Positions 14,102-26,570 are shown, counted from the first letter of the stretch. The stretch is DNA of 64,000 nt from Moniliella sp. 'wahieum' (GCA_003971905.1 RSEE01000003.1:558001-622000), one strand, 5' to 3'. The notes: generated by a model not told the origin, from the letters alone. Translations and numbers: made by a program.

Positions 14102-15683
14102 ATGGCCGCTCCGTCCCCTTGGGAAACCTGACGACGATCATCAAGCGCCTTGAAGCCGCCACTTCCCGTCTCGAGGACCTGGCGGAGGCGCAGGCTGCTG
14201 GTGCTCCCCCTGCCCCCCAGCCAGCTGCGGCTTCCGCTGCACCGGCTGTCGCAGCTGGCGCGGTTACTGGGGCCGCTGCGTCAGTGGCTGCATCTGGCAG
14301 CGCCCCCCTCCTCCTCCCCCCCCCCCCCTCCCTCCTCCTCCTCGGCTGTCGAACCTGCTGCGCCTGAGGTACCCAAGGCAGTGGAAGCCTTCGACGAAGC
14401 AATTAAGGACCCGTTGGCCAAGTTTGTCGAACTCAGTAACCAGATTGGCGGGCTGGTGGCCGACCAGGCGAGTGACTTTGCTAAGACGTTCGATGCGCAG
14501 CGTGCACTTATATGGATCGCGGCTGAGAGCAAGAAGCCGGCCGAGGGATTTGCGACACCTGGGTGTGACGTGCTGCTCAGGTCGTTGCAGGAGTCGGTCA
14601 TGGCCACAACTGAGGTGCGAGAGAAAAATCGAGGGGAGCGGAAACTGTTCAACCATCTATCGGCTGTTTCAGAGGGTGCTCCTGCTGTGGGTTGGGTGGC
14701 TGTTGAGCCCAAACCGGCTCCCTTTGTAGGGGAAATGAAGGATGCGGCGCAGTTTTACTCGAACCGGTGATCAAGGAGTTTAAGGACACGGACAAGACCC
14801 ATGTCGAGTGGACCCGAGCGCTTGCTGCACTACTCACCGCACTTCAGGCTACGTCAAGCAGTACCACACCACTGGTTTGGCTTGGAACCCCAAGGGAGGC
14901 GATGCGTTATCGTTTAAGATTCCCGGAACAAGTGATGGAGCTCCTCCTGCCCCTGCGGCCCCTGCTCCACCTGGTGCTCCCGTGCCTCCTCCTCCTCCCC
15001 TGTTGCGGCATCTGCACCTGCTGGCGGTATGGACGCAGTCTTTGCCCAATTGAACAAGGGCGAAGGCATCACCAAGGCACTCAAGAAGGTGGACGAACGC
15101 AGAAGACCCACAAGAACCCCGAGTTGCGCGGCCACACCGACAGCTCCAACCCGCATGGGTCTGCGCGGCCTAAGGTGCCCTCTAAGCCAGCTACTACGAG
15201 CGAAGAAGCCACCTGTCTTGGCCCTAGGGGAACAAGTGGATCGTGGAGAACCAGGAGAACGAACGCAACATCGTCATTAAGGACACGGAACTGGGCCATA
15301 CCGTCAATATCTTCCATTGCAATTCATCTACCATCCAGATCAAGGGCAAGGTGAACCAAATTAATATTGTGGGGTGCTCCAAGCTCTCGCTCGTGTTCGA
15401 CTCGGTGGTGGCATCTGTCGATATCACTCACTCCCCCTCGTTTGAGGTGCAGGTGATTGGCAAGGTGCCCACCATTCTCCTTGATGGGTGCGATTCGGGC
15501 CAGATTTACCTCTCGGCTGAATCGCTTGAGGTTGACTTGGTCACGGCCAAGTGCTCTGCAATCAACGTGTCGGTCCCCAAGAATGGATCGGACGAGTTTA
15601 CGGAGCTTGCTTTGCCGGAACAGATGAAACACACGTTCCCCGGCGGCAAGCTCCAGACGGAGATTGTAGCACATGCTGGCTAA
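14102..15683 (+). CDS. SRV2: Adenylyl cyclase-associated protein CAP/Srv2
   Basis: 'LTTIIKRLEAATSRLEDLA' RLE motif, helical domain 'FNHLSAVSEGAPAVGWVAVEPKPAPFVGEMKDAAQFYSNR', 'YVKQYHTTGLAWN', polyproline, WH2 'AVFAQLNKGEGITKALKKV', C-terminal CARP domain ending 'TEIVAHAG*'. Confidence 0.97.
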
Positions 15684-15774
15684 GCGCTAAGCGCTTGAGC
15701 TTTTTCTTCTCTCTGCTCGGGCCCTCGACGCATCTTTTGCCCTGTGCACGGCAATAACTTCGACGCATTTGTGG

Positions 15775-16190
15775 CCCTCAGACCTGAGTCAGGCCTCAGT
15801 ACCTCAGTAATGAATAAGATGGGACGTGGCGCGCGCGTGAGGGGATGCAAATGAACAGCTGGCTGCCCTGGAAACGGGTACCGGTAACCTCCAACTTATC
15901 CAGGGGGCTGGACCGGCCCTGCTTCACAGACGTGCTTGAAGCCTTGTGCTCACCACTTCATGCTTGAAGACTTGGGTGGGCCTCGCCGAGGCGCGCGCGC
16001 GCTGAGCCTCGGGCCTGAGGGTCGATCATCGACCAACGTCGATCACCGCGAGCGCTCAGCGGCTCAGCGCTGAAGCTCAGCTCAGTACGTCTGAGCGGCT
16101 CATTAGTCACTAGTCACTAGTCACTAGTCACTAGCTGCGCTCAGGCTGAGCAGCACTAGTGAGGCTCAGCTTGCACTTAGCACTCACTAG
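15775..16190. repeat. TNA/4-bp-palindrome 7-nt island between SRV2 and the ceramidase gene
   Basis: (AGTCACT)x4 at 16105-16132; tca-ggcc-tca-gtac, tca-gcgc-tga-agct, tcga-tca-tcga. Confidence 0.85.
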
Positions 16191-16666
16191 ACTGGAGCAC
16201 TTGGCCTCCTCGCCTTGTCTGGATCTGAAGCTTGGAGGTTGCTCCGCAGTCGATCCACTGGGTAGATCCCCGAGTACTCCCGAGTTGTACCCTGTTGTAC
16301 CCTGGCACGCATCGGGTGGGCCCACTATCGAGGGGATACTGGATCGATACTGGGCGGCAGTGTTATTAATGTTCAAGCTTCAAGCGCCAAGGACAAGGGA
16401 GGATATATAAGGGTGCTTACGTGTGGGCCCTGCCAGACCAGGCAGTAGCGTTGAAGCGTGCAGGGGTCTTTCATAATCTACCGTGTGCTCGGTCTTCGGG
16501 CCTCGATTCTCTGTCGCAAATGCACAAGGTGGCCCAGCTTCCGCAACCAATAACGCGGCAATGGATACCATTCCATTTCTCGTTGCGCTATTACTTCCAA
16601 CTCCACCGTCCTGTGGCTCTTCGTTCTGCCCCCCGACCTGTCGTTAACGTTTAACCACCCCTCACT

Positions 16667-17838
16667 ATGGCCTTCATCGCTCGAGACGATCCTCTGCCCC
16701 GCGGCGCATGGGGCGACATCACATGGCGAGTCCCCTTTCCCTTCCCCATCCTATCCTCTCTCGTTCGCCATCGCTAGTTACTGACCGCTGGACAGCACGC
16801 TGTATTGGTGCGAGGAGAAGTACCAATGGTCCCGCTGGGTCGCCGAGCCAGTCAACACGCTGAGCAGCATGATTTTCGTCTACCTCGGGTGGTACGGAGC
16901 ACGATTGGTGCAGCAGAACAGGATGCAAAAGCGCTTCATGCTCGGTTCCATTGGTATGTCCCACATCTCGCCAGCGAATTAGTGTCCTAACCACTTGTTA
17001 TGGCCCCTTCCAGCCTTGGCGGTCGTGGGTTTGGGCTCAGTTGCATTCCATGGCACGCTCAAGTACTCCGCCCAGATGATGGATGTACGTATCTCTTGAC
17101 GCGCACTATCCGCCGCGGTACTCATTCGTATTACTGACCATCTTTTTAGGAGATTCCTATGATCTGGGCCGCGAGCGTGTTTGCCTTCTCGGCATTCGAA
17201 ACCAGCATCGGAAAACCTCATCGCCCCATCTTGCTGCCTGCCGTCTTTGTGGGCACTTCTGTTGGCATCCCATTAGCGTATCTGGCGCTCAACCACCCCG
17301 TCTTCCACCAGGCTGGTACGTCATACTATCCTCTCGAGCTACCTACTATCCACGTATAACCCTCATGAGCACTAGGATCTGACACTATGCAGCGTATGCG
17401 GTCTTGCTTCTGTCGGCGGCTGGCCGGGTGCTGTGGTTGTTGTACAGCCCAAACTCCCCCATGGACCGAAGCTCCACCATTGGAGCACAGCACACACGCG
17501 TTGCGCGTAAACTACTCTTTACGGGAGCCGCCATGTTCCTTCTCGGGTTCTTCATTTGGAACCTGGACAACATCTTTTGCCAGCGCCTGCGCGATACCCG
17601 CAATCTTCTCCGCGCTCATCATCTCTCCTACCTCGCCCTTCTACTCCAAGGACACGCCATCTGGCACTTCTTCACTGCCGTCGGCGCATGGAATCTGGTC
17701 ATCAGTCTGGCCCTTGTCATCGAATCCATCAAACAGGGGCCGGAGGTCTGGCGCATCGGCCCCTCCGCCTACGGCATCTTGGGTGGCGGCTGGATCTTCC
17801 CATCGCTGTACCGCGTTACCAAAAAGAAAGATACCTAA
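16667..17838 (+). CDS. Alkaline (phyto)ceramidase, Ypc1/Ydc1/ACER3 family, multi-exon
   Basis: 'GAWGDITCTLYWCEEKY...VAEPVNTLS', 'VVGLGSVAFHGTLKYSAQMMD', 'IPMIW', 'GFFIWNLDNIFC', 'LLQGHAIWHFFT' (CREST-family Zn-binding His residues). Confidence 0.93.
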
Positions 17839-18529
17839 ACTAAACCATTGTCGATCAAGGGACCTGGGTCATTATTTCTATTGGATTCTGCTCCCATTGG
17901 CATATTGTACACCGAGATCATGCATTGCGACTCCTGATAAGCGGAGACCGGCAAGCAGATCATCGAGATGTCCAGTTCAGCAATGCATGCCTAGTGACAG
18001 TCGCCAATCAAGCTACTACGCCACCCACTTAGGAGTTGCCCTCGTTCCCTCGTCGATAGACAATTGTGTATCGTCTGAAATGAAGGGCGTGTCGCCGGTT
18101 TCGGAGTCAGGCATAGCCTAATACATGGGTGCCAGTAAGGTGCGGTCACGCCAAGAACTCGACCCTGGGGGTGGTTTGGCCGGACCACAATGGCGTTTAC
18201 GCGTCTTTGTTCGTGTGGGGGGTGTTAGACTGCGATCCTGCAGCTGTTGCTCCTTTCGTCCTAGCTCGGTGCATATAGTGGCTACCCGTCTCTGGTCATC
18301 CGGTCATAGGCGAATTATGAACTCGATTGCCGTGATGTCATACTCTGCAGAAAAGGGTGAGACAAGGGCGCCTGGCTGTCGTTGAGTCTCGTGCAGCGGA
18401 GTTCCTCTTACGGCTTGAGGCTCCGACAAGTAGTCCAGGTAGGTAGTGTTCCGTTGGGCGCTCTGGCTCTGTGAGAGCACAGCGCGCGCTCGGCGATGAG
18501 GCTCATCAACATCTGAGTCCGGAAGCTTG

Positions 18530-18860
18530 AAGAGGGCCTGAGCGCCCTGAGGCTCAGGTGAGCTTTCACTCAGCGCTCAGACTGAGTACTGAGTAGCTGC
18601 TGAGCAGCTCAGGAGCGCTCAGGCTGAGCGGCGAGTGAGTGATCAGTGATCGGGCAGTATTCCACGTCACGCGTCACGTGCGCTCATCGGGACGGGCGCC
18701 GGCAAAAGTCCGTGCGCAGCTAACTGAGTCACGTTGGCGCGCGGGATGGTATCTGGTCGAAGCAGGCCGAAGCCATGTTGGACACGGCGGGGGCCCAGTG
18801 TGTGCCGCTCTCTCCTTCGCCGTATTGCGGAGGGCTGGCGTGATGCATGATGCATGATGC
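18530..18860. repeat. TNA/4-bp-palindrome island upstream of cyclophilin
   Basis: ggcc-tga-gcgc, tca-gcgc-tca, tga-gtac-tga, tca-cgcg-tca, tga-tgca-tga-tgca-tga (18841-18857). Confidence 0.85.
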
Positions 18861-19137
18861 GCCTGCCCTCGCAGGGGCGCAGTATACGTGGCGCTCGAGC
18901 CAGTGAGGCCGATCGTGGGTGTTCGATCAGCGTCTGGGCCTGCCTCGTTCATGCGCGTCTTCTGGTAGGGTTGCGCACGGCCTTCGCACACTCCTTCTTG
19001 GACCCGTGCTTAAATAGCCCCGCTGGCGGGGGTGTTCGTTTGCTTGCCCCCCACCCGAGTCTACCCGGATCCACTCTTCTTGTACGCTTTCCCTCGTTCG
19101 TCTTCAAATTGGAGCTCGGGCTAACTTGGCGCAGATC

Positions 19138-19625
19138 ATGTCTAAGGTCTTTTTCGACATCTCCCGCAACGGCTCCCCTCTTGGCCGTGTCGTCTTCCAG
19201 CTGTACGATGCTGACGTCCCCAAGACGGCCAAGAACTTCCTCGAGCTGAGCACTGGCCAGCACGGCTACGGGTACGCCGGCTCGACGTTCCACCGTGTCA
19301 TTCCCCAGTTCATGCTCCAGGGTGGTGACTTCACTGCTGGCAACGGCACCGGTGGCAAGTCCATCTACGGCGCCAAGTTCCCCGACGAGAACTTCAAGTT
19401 CAAGCACACCAAGCCCGGTCTTTTTCGATGGCCAACGCTGGCCCCAACACGAACGGCTCGCAGTTCTTCATCACCACTGTTCCCACCCCGTGGCTCGACG
19501 GCAAGCACGTCGTTTTCGGTGAGGTGATCGAGGGTTTCGATGTTGTCAAGAAGGTTGAGTCGTACGGCTCGGGCTCGGGCAAGACCAACGGCACCATCAA
19601 GATCGACCAGTCGGGTGCTCTCTAA
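19138..19625 (+). CDS. CPR1: Cyclophilin A-type peptidyl-prolyl isomerase (one frameshift near 19421; upstream intron 19082-19134)
   Basis: MSKVFFDI...VPKTAKNF...[31 protein letters not shown]...[33 protein letters not shown]. Confidence 0.96.
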
Positions 19626-19860
19626 GTGCATACCGAGTCAATCCCATTGATGCCCTTAGTTTGATTCACCATCATCTCGATGTGATACGTAGTGGTTAGG
19701 AGTTAATATATTCCAGTAGGCCCAGTCGAGAGAGAGTAACAACGGTGAGACGTGAGATCTGAGAGCATGCCAGGTCTCAGACCCAGTTAGACAGGTCTGA
19801 TCCTTGGACAACAGATACTAGAGTAGAAGGCATGCCCCTGAACGGACACGACGGACACGA

Positions 19861-19920
19861 AGCATGAGCCTCTTTCAACCGCATGAGCCTCTTTCAACGC
19901 AGCATGAGCCTCTTTCAACC
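19861..19920. repeat. Three tandem copies of an ~20-bp unit (GCATGAGCCTCTTTCAAC core)
   Basis: agcatgagcctctttcaacc / gcatgagcctctttcaacgc / agcatgagcctctttcaacc. Confidence 0.9.
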
Positions 19921-20755
19921 ACTGCTCAGTCATTGTGCAGCTTATACATAACGGCAAATCAAAAGAGCGAGTATCAGAAAACAGCTGCCATGGGTTATAG
20001 TAACCGGGCAAAGACAGAAACGCCCGACTGGCGTGTAAAATGTCTCTGTGAACAAACCCAGGACAATTGTCCAGTTTTCCTTGCCTTCAGCCTGTTTCCG
20101 CCTCTTCGGCTTCGTTTCGCCCTCCGTCTTCATCTCTATATCTGCTTCCCCCATGCAACTACTCAGCCCACTGCAGTAACGTTTTTTAAAGGGTGGGAAT
20201 CAGCAGTAAAAATGGGGGGCTCAACCTGTGGCCGACACTTCTTCTCATGGTGAGTACAGTAATGAGACTATTATTGGTGGGAAAAAGAGGGGTACGTGTT
20301 TGGGTCCAGGCGTACTGTTCATCCTGAGCTCATGGAGGAGGGTAAACTCAATCAATGGTGGCTCAGGCTGAGCTTTTGTTCCTGAGATGATGCAATCGCG
20401 TATTACTGCTTCCTAGGGCGGGGATGGGGGGAGTCTGAGAATGGGGAATGGGGTGGGAGATGGGTGCACAAAATGATGAATCGCTAGGGCTTTTTTCCTT
20501 GTCCGCCAAGAAAATTCGGCAAGCCTGACCTCATTGTCGATCACCTTCGGTGGTAGTCGAGGATCGATGTGCAAACGATGACGTTATGTGCACAGGTCAT
20601 TTCAAGTTGGTGGATGGGAAGTCTCTACAACAAGAAGTTCAGCATGCAATTAGCAAACCAACTGTCTTCGCTACAGTCATTGCTCCGCGTATCTCCAGAA
20701 ACTGCAGCTGTAGGGTGGGGGCGTTCTTCCTGAACCCCCATTTGACTTTGCTTAA

Positions 20756-22352
20756 CTATAGTACTACTACTAATGACAGGGACAAAGACATCACACATGC
20801 TCCTTCTGGGCTCGATCTCATACTGTGCGCGTGCTCTTTGCCCGTGCCAATCCCATCAGAAGACCAGTGTTTTTGTCGCCAATAACAGCTCAGGACCTTT
20901 GGGCCCTCTCGCCATACGCTCCAAACGGGATATAGCCGTGAGTGAGTACGAATGAGGGCGACAGTCTTGTGAGTTGCATTCCAAGGTGTGGAGTTTGGGA
21001 GTTGGGATCGTGTTCCAACGGGACTGGGATTGTCACGCGGGAGGGAGTGATACTTTGTCCGGATCCGGTTCATCAGGGATAGATATGTGCTGTACTTCAA
21101 TGTCGATGGGGAGGAGTGTGGTGGGTGTAGGTAGTAAGATGTCACGGCGGGGTTGATGTTTGTTCCGGTTTTGCCCTGCTCTTCGCAGGTTGACCATGTA
21201 TCGTGGTGCGACCGCAAGGCTTAGCAGGGCATGCAATGGCAAAGGCAGTGCGCTCAAGGCATTGTTAGGCGGATCCCTACGGTGGAGGTAGATCCAGGTC
21301 AGGGCTAGACCCACACTTTCTACCGCCACGGCGAAGCCAAAGTACCGAATTGTGTCAAAGAGGAACTGACCGCTGACGGGACTCAGATGGGCAATGCGCC
21401 TCCTCACGTATGCCCTAATGCTGCTGTTCGATTCCGAACCGTCCGCCTTGGGGTAGAATGTCCACATCATCGCACACGTGGTGAGCAGCATGATCGTGTC
21501 GCTGATAAACGCCAGGAGGTAAATAACCACGGGCCACCAAATACCAGATTGAAGAGCGCCACAACGCATGCCCACACGAAAGTTGAGAGGTACAGATCCA
21601 CCGCCTGGCCAACTACCATGGTACAATAGACAACCGAGAGATACAAAGGGTTAATAGGAGGGGGGGCATGTGTGTGGAGGGGGGAGAGCGTACAATTCAA
21701 CACGGACCGAAGCCACCCATCCAATCCAGGATGCTGCAGTGCCGGCGACCAAGAGCCAAAGAATGGCACCGAGAACCTTGGCGTAAGGAATCGTCCGAGT
21801 AATAGAATATGTGCGGAGAGTGAAGATTACTTGAGCGTTGATGACGCTAACGGCCAAAAGTGAAATGTAGCCCGTAAGAACTGGGAGTGTGCGTGTCAGC
21901 AGGGATGCAGAATAGGACCACGAAAAGAATATCGGTACTCTCTCACTGGGAGGGGGATAAAGAGACGCGCATACATGTTTGGCAATTTGAAGGATGGCGA
22001 TAGTAGAATATGAATGCCAAGGTGAACAAGGGAATAGTAATCAGACGAGCCAGCATGTGGCAGAAGCCAGCGGGAGAGGGGGCGTATGCGCCGACTTTCA
22101 TCCAAAATGACGGACGCTTTTGTTGACTGACCTGGCGTTGGATTCGTTTCCACTCGGCGTAGTACACATACTTCCAGTCCGAAGGAAAGCTCACCAGCAG
22201 GTCCCAAATGACGCAGCCGGCAATGAAGAGGGATATCCACCATGACAATGCTCCGTCGTATGATTGTCCGTCCTGGAGGGAAACAAAGGCTGTAGTTCCT
22301 CAGGCAAATCACCCATTTGGAGGATGTCGGAAGAAGGAGTCAACTCGGCCAT
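20756..22352 (-). CDS. Multi-pass (7TM-like) membrane protein, DUF6533-like, paralog A (3' end uncertain)
   Basis: 'WWISLFIAGCVIWDLLVSFPSDWKYVY', 'INAQVIFTLRTYSIT', 'PLNFRVGMRCGALQSGIWWPVVIYL', 'GQFLFDTIRYFG', 'LSLAVAPRYMVNLRRAG'; collinear with paralog B. Confidence 0.7.
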
Positions 22353-22569
22353 GATATGCCAACCAGCAGACTCCTGTGGTCTTTTGGAGAACGAGGGGAA
22401 GGTCGTTGAAGGTAAAGTGTGTACAAGTATCAGAGGAGGGGTGGTTGATATATCAGTTACAGGTCCTGCCCGGGGCGGGGCTGAGCTAAAGGACGAGTTT
22501 CACCACACAGCTTGTGAGCCAAGCTTTTACGACAGGGAGAAGTAGGATATAAAATCGTGTGTATGGGAC

Positions 22570-23090
22570 ATGGCGTTAAACGTACGTTAATCGATAATCA
22601 TTCAAGTTTAACGGTAACCGGTAACCGGTAACCCTTGAAGCTTGAGGGTGAGGCCTGAGGCTCAGGCTTGAAGCTTGAAGCACCAAGAAGAGGTTGACGC
22701 TGAGGCGTTGTGGCCTTGAGGTCAAGCCTCAGCCAGAGGTCAGGCCGGTCACCGGTCACCGATCAGGCCTGAGGGGTTTTGAAATTGTAATAGGATCGAA
22801 AGAGAGACCTAGTGCCTAGTGACTAGTGCTAGTGACTGGCGCCTAGTCACTAGTCACCGGTCACCGGTCACTAGTCACTGGTCACATGGATTGTCACATG
22901 CGTGTCACAGTGACTAGTCTCCCTCAGGAAATGTTGACGAAATGTTGAGGTATTTATATCGCCCTGAGGCCTGAGGGCCCCGACTCAGGCCTGAGGCTTC
23001 AAGCTTGAAGCTTGAAGCCATCAGGCCCTCAAACCGTTCAGGGCCGCAAATGGGTTGAACGTTCAGTTGAACGATGAACGTACGTGCCTC
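22570..23090. repeat. TNA/4-bp-palindrome island upstream of paralog A
   Basis: (GGTAACC)x3 at 22613-22633; tga-agct-tga; tga-ggcc-tga; ctag-tca-ctag-tca-ccgg-tca-ccgg-tca-ctag-tca-ctgg-tca-catg at 22843-22888. Confidence 0.9.
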
Positions 23091-23963
23091 AACTCTTGTA
23101 GGATCGCCGCGGGATCTATATACAGAGGAAGAGACTGGAAACTGGAAGTTGACGGCAATGGATTATGCCAAGCTGGAAGGATGCGGAAAAGCCAAGAGAG
23201 GTAGTCGCTGGAAGCAGGTCGCAAGGGATGTGCTGGTGAAACTAGGAGAAGGCGGGAGTTGCCTAGCGGGTCAAGGATGGGTTTTTGCAGAGAATGTTGT
23301 TAATTGAAAGACGAAAAATGAGAGAGGAATAAGATCTAAGAGACGAAGTGTGGACAAAGATGAAGACTAAGTAGACTAAGGAAAAGACGAATAAGACCAG
23401 GGAAGGACGACCGACGAAACGACACGCTAGGGGGAAAGGAACATGTATAACGGGTCATACAGGCAGGGTCGATAAGGGATAGACAACACCACGAACAAAG
23501 GGGAAATGAATCGAGATCAGTGGCTCGCAGAAAAGATCACAGCCCGACGGAATGTTCCCACACTCAGCCAGGAAAGGGAACAATCTAAACCAGAAACTGC
23601 TCAAGATAAAGGTCAGGTTATCCGCACTCCTGAGTACTCACCTAGAAACGTAAAACAAGTAGGCGTAAGGGGAGATTCTCAAAACGAGAACACGAGACAC
23701 AGCCAGGTCAGAAAGTGACGTCCAGACCCGGAAGCTCTACTTAGAGGTCACTTGGGTCCAAGATAACGACCACAAATGATTGAAGTAGGATAAAACCATG
23801 CGGTTGCTGACGCGCTTATGATTGCCTACGCGTTACACGCCAAGTGTTAATCCTCTCTGTCTTCAGGATTCAACTTCAGAAAGACGACCAGATTGCCATA
23901 AACCCAGTCACACAAAGGGCTTAACGTTTAACTCCTGCCACCCATCTGACTTGACATGAACCT

Positions 23964-25511
23964 TCACACTAAAAGCTTTTGAAAAGTACAAGCTGTGGGG
24001 GAGTTGCAAGACATTATTCGTTTCACAAAAATATCGTAATCGCATGGGTAGAGGGGCGGGACAGATTCGTCAACGCGTATCAGCTCCGGACGAGGAAGGG
24101 ACTCAGGCGCGTATGCGGCGAAGGCGGTCCTTGAGGACTTGGCCAGGGGCAAGTTAGAGGGGTACTGAGCCGCTTTGTTTAAATGGGGGAGGGGGACGTC
24201 CCATTCCCTCTCAGATTGAGATGGAAGTTTTTCCAGATCCATCTCCGGATGAGGAACCGAGATGTGTTGAACTTCGATATCAACAGGGATGGTGCGTCCT
24301 CCCTCCTGGAGAGAATAGGTATCGGTATTGGGGTTGTTCGAGAAACTCGTCGGCTCCATGGGTTTTGCCCAGCCCTACGCAGGTTGACAACGCACCGAGG
24401 CGCAACCGCGAGGCTGATCAAAGCATGAAGTGGCAGTGCCACTCCGCTGAGCGCGTTGTTGGCAGGATGAGTACGATGGAGATAGGTCCAACTCAATGCC
24501 AGGCCCACACTTTCGACCGCCACGGCAATTCCAAAGTACCGGAACGCGTCAAAAAGGAACTGGCCACCAACAGGGCTGAGATGGACAAATAGCCTCGTCC
24601 TCCCCCTGAGGTTGCTTTTCGATCCTTCACCGTCCCTCTGGACGTATAAACTCCACATCATCGCGCACGTCGTGAACAGCATAACAACGTCACCGATAAA
24701 TGAGAAGAGATAAATCACCACGGGCCACCAAATACCCGATTGCAGAGCGCCACAGCGCATGCCTATACGGAAGTTGAGAGGCATCGTCACTCCATTTGGC
24801 CAGCTAATAGAGAGCAGATTAGAGCATGAAAGAGAAACAAATGCGCAATGGGGAAAAGGGTTACTTACGTATGAACCCGGACAGATCCCACCCATCCAAG
24901 CCAAGATGCAGCCGTGCCGAGTACCAAGAGCCCCAGAAAAACAGATAACACCTTGCTGTAGGGAACCGTCCTGGTGATCGCATAGGTGCGTAGTGTAAAA
25001 ATGATTTGGGCGTTGATGTTACTGACCGCCAAGAGAGCAATGTAGGCGGAAAGGTCTGCAGTGATGGAGAGACAGGAGTCAGGGAAGCCTGGATGTGAGA
25101 GGAATAGCAGAACGGCACACATGCATACCTCCTTGGCAACTTGATGGGTTGCGGTAGTATGCGAAAGCAAGTCCAAACATTGAGAAGGTGAGAAGACGGG
25201 CAAGGATATGACAGAATGCGGCTGGGGTAGGAATGAAGGCCTTCAGTTTTGTCAAACGACTGCAGTGTTTGCGTTGTTGCACCGTCTGCTTGATTCGTCG
25301 CCACTCGGGACTGTATATGTATTTCCAGTCTGACGGAAAGCTGACCACGACGTCCCAAAACACACCCGCCAACAAAGAGGCATACCCACCAGGTGATCGC
25401 CCCGTCGTACGAACTAGCGTCCTGGAACGCGACAATTGGCTGCAACTCTTTCGGTAAGTCGGCAATTGTTGGGAAGGGGTTGGTGTTGTTGGTGTACGGT
25501 AGGTCGGTCAT
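23964..25511 (-). CDS. Multi-pass (7TM-like) membrane protein, DUF6533-like, paralog B
   Basis: MTDLPYTNN..., 'WWVCLFVGGCVFWDVVVSFPSDWKYIY', 'INAQIIFTLRTYAIT', 'PLNFRIGMRCGALQSGIWWPVVIYL', 'GQFLFDAFRYFG', 'ISLAVAPRCVVNLRRAG'. Confidence 0.7.
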
Positions 25512-25789
25512 GGTAACAAGACCTGCCCGAAGTGTATGGTGGTGACAGAGAGAGGGCCTGATGGTGGGATAAGTAGTTACAAAATATGGGGCCGAGGGGA
25601 CATGAAGAAGACGGTTTGAACCGAAGCCCACCGGGATGGAAGATGCATGACGCATGATACACGGTTTTATGCGTGGGTGATTGTTTGTGACATTTATAAG
25701 AGATCCGAATCTGAGACCCGACCATGTGGAAGGAACGTGGAACCCCAGACAAGTGGCGTTGCCGGTGTGCCGGAAACGTGGGCACAAGC

Positions 25790-26570
25790 TTAGCTTCAAG
25801 GCATGGGATCAGTACTCAGTACCAGTGAACATCGATCATCGATCACTTTAACGTACTTAAGCTTAACCTTTAAAATTAACGCGTGGTACTCTGACTGAGC
25901 TGAGTACTGATATGTAACGTACTGACGTACTGATGTACAGAGTACTGATGCATGATGCATGAGGCCATAAGGCCTAAGGCTTAGGCCTTAGGGCCTCAGC
26001 CTGAGGCCTGAGGGTTGTCTGCGCCGTACGAGATCTGAGAGATCTGAATCTGACAGCTGCTGAAATCCATGTTCCTGAAGCAGAACTGACTGCGCTCCTT
26101 AGCCGGCCGGCCTCTCTCTGAGACCTCACATGTCAGAGGCCCAGGCCTCAGTACCTCAGTGTACTCATTTACTCCGTCAGTACTCTCAGTACTTAGTACT
26201 TAAGATGCCCCCTGTAGCTTAGGTGCATGTGGGAGCGCTTGGGCGATCTCTCACAGTCACATGTGGCGCCCCGGATGTGGCGCGTGGTGGGGCTCAGCTC
26301 AGCGCTCAGCGCTCAGGCTGAGCGCTCAGGCTGAGCAGCTGACGCTGAACGCTGAACAAAACGCATGTTCGTGCAAATTATCGGGCCCAGGGGGTCAGGA
26401 ACCAGGTTAGCTTTATCGCGCGGTTCTAGCCTGTTCTGGCTAGTACACATTAAAGAAGCTACTTGAAGCTTGAAGCTTATGTCGTTGAAACCTGTAGGAC
26501 TAGTCATCTGCATCAATCATTAATCATTAATCATTAGTACTTAGTAACTGTATAACATGTAACAGTTTTG
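25790..26570. repeat. TNA/4-bp-palindrome island upstream of paralog B
   Basis: gtac-tga-tgca-tga-tgca-tga-ggcc (25942-25966); tca-gcgc-tca-gcgc-tca (~26300); tca-ttaa-tca-ttaa-tca (26517-26533). Confidence 0.9.

Noticed and set aside
16105..16132. (AGTCACT)n and similar arrays as CRISPR or telomeric repeats
   Set aside because: Units are 7 nt with no unique spacers and no cas genes, the context is eukaryotic, and units differ between loci and are not telomere-like.
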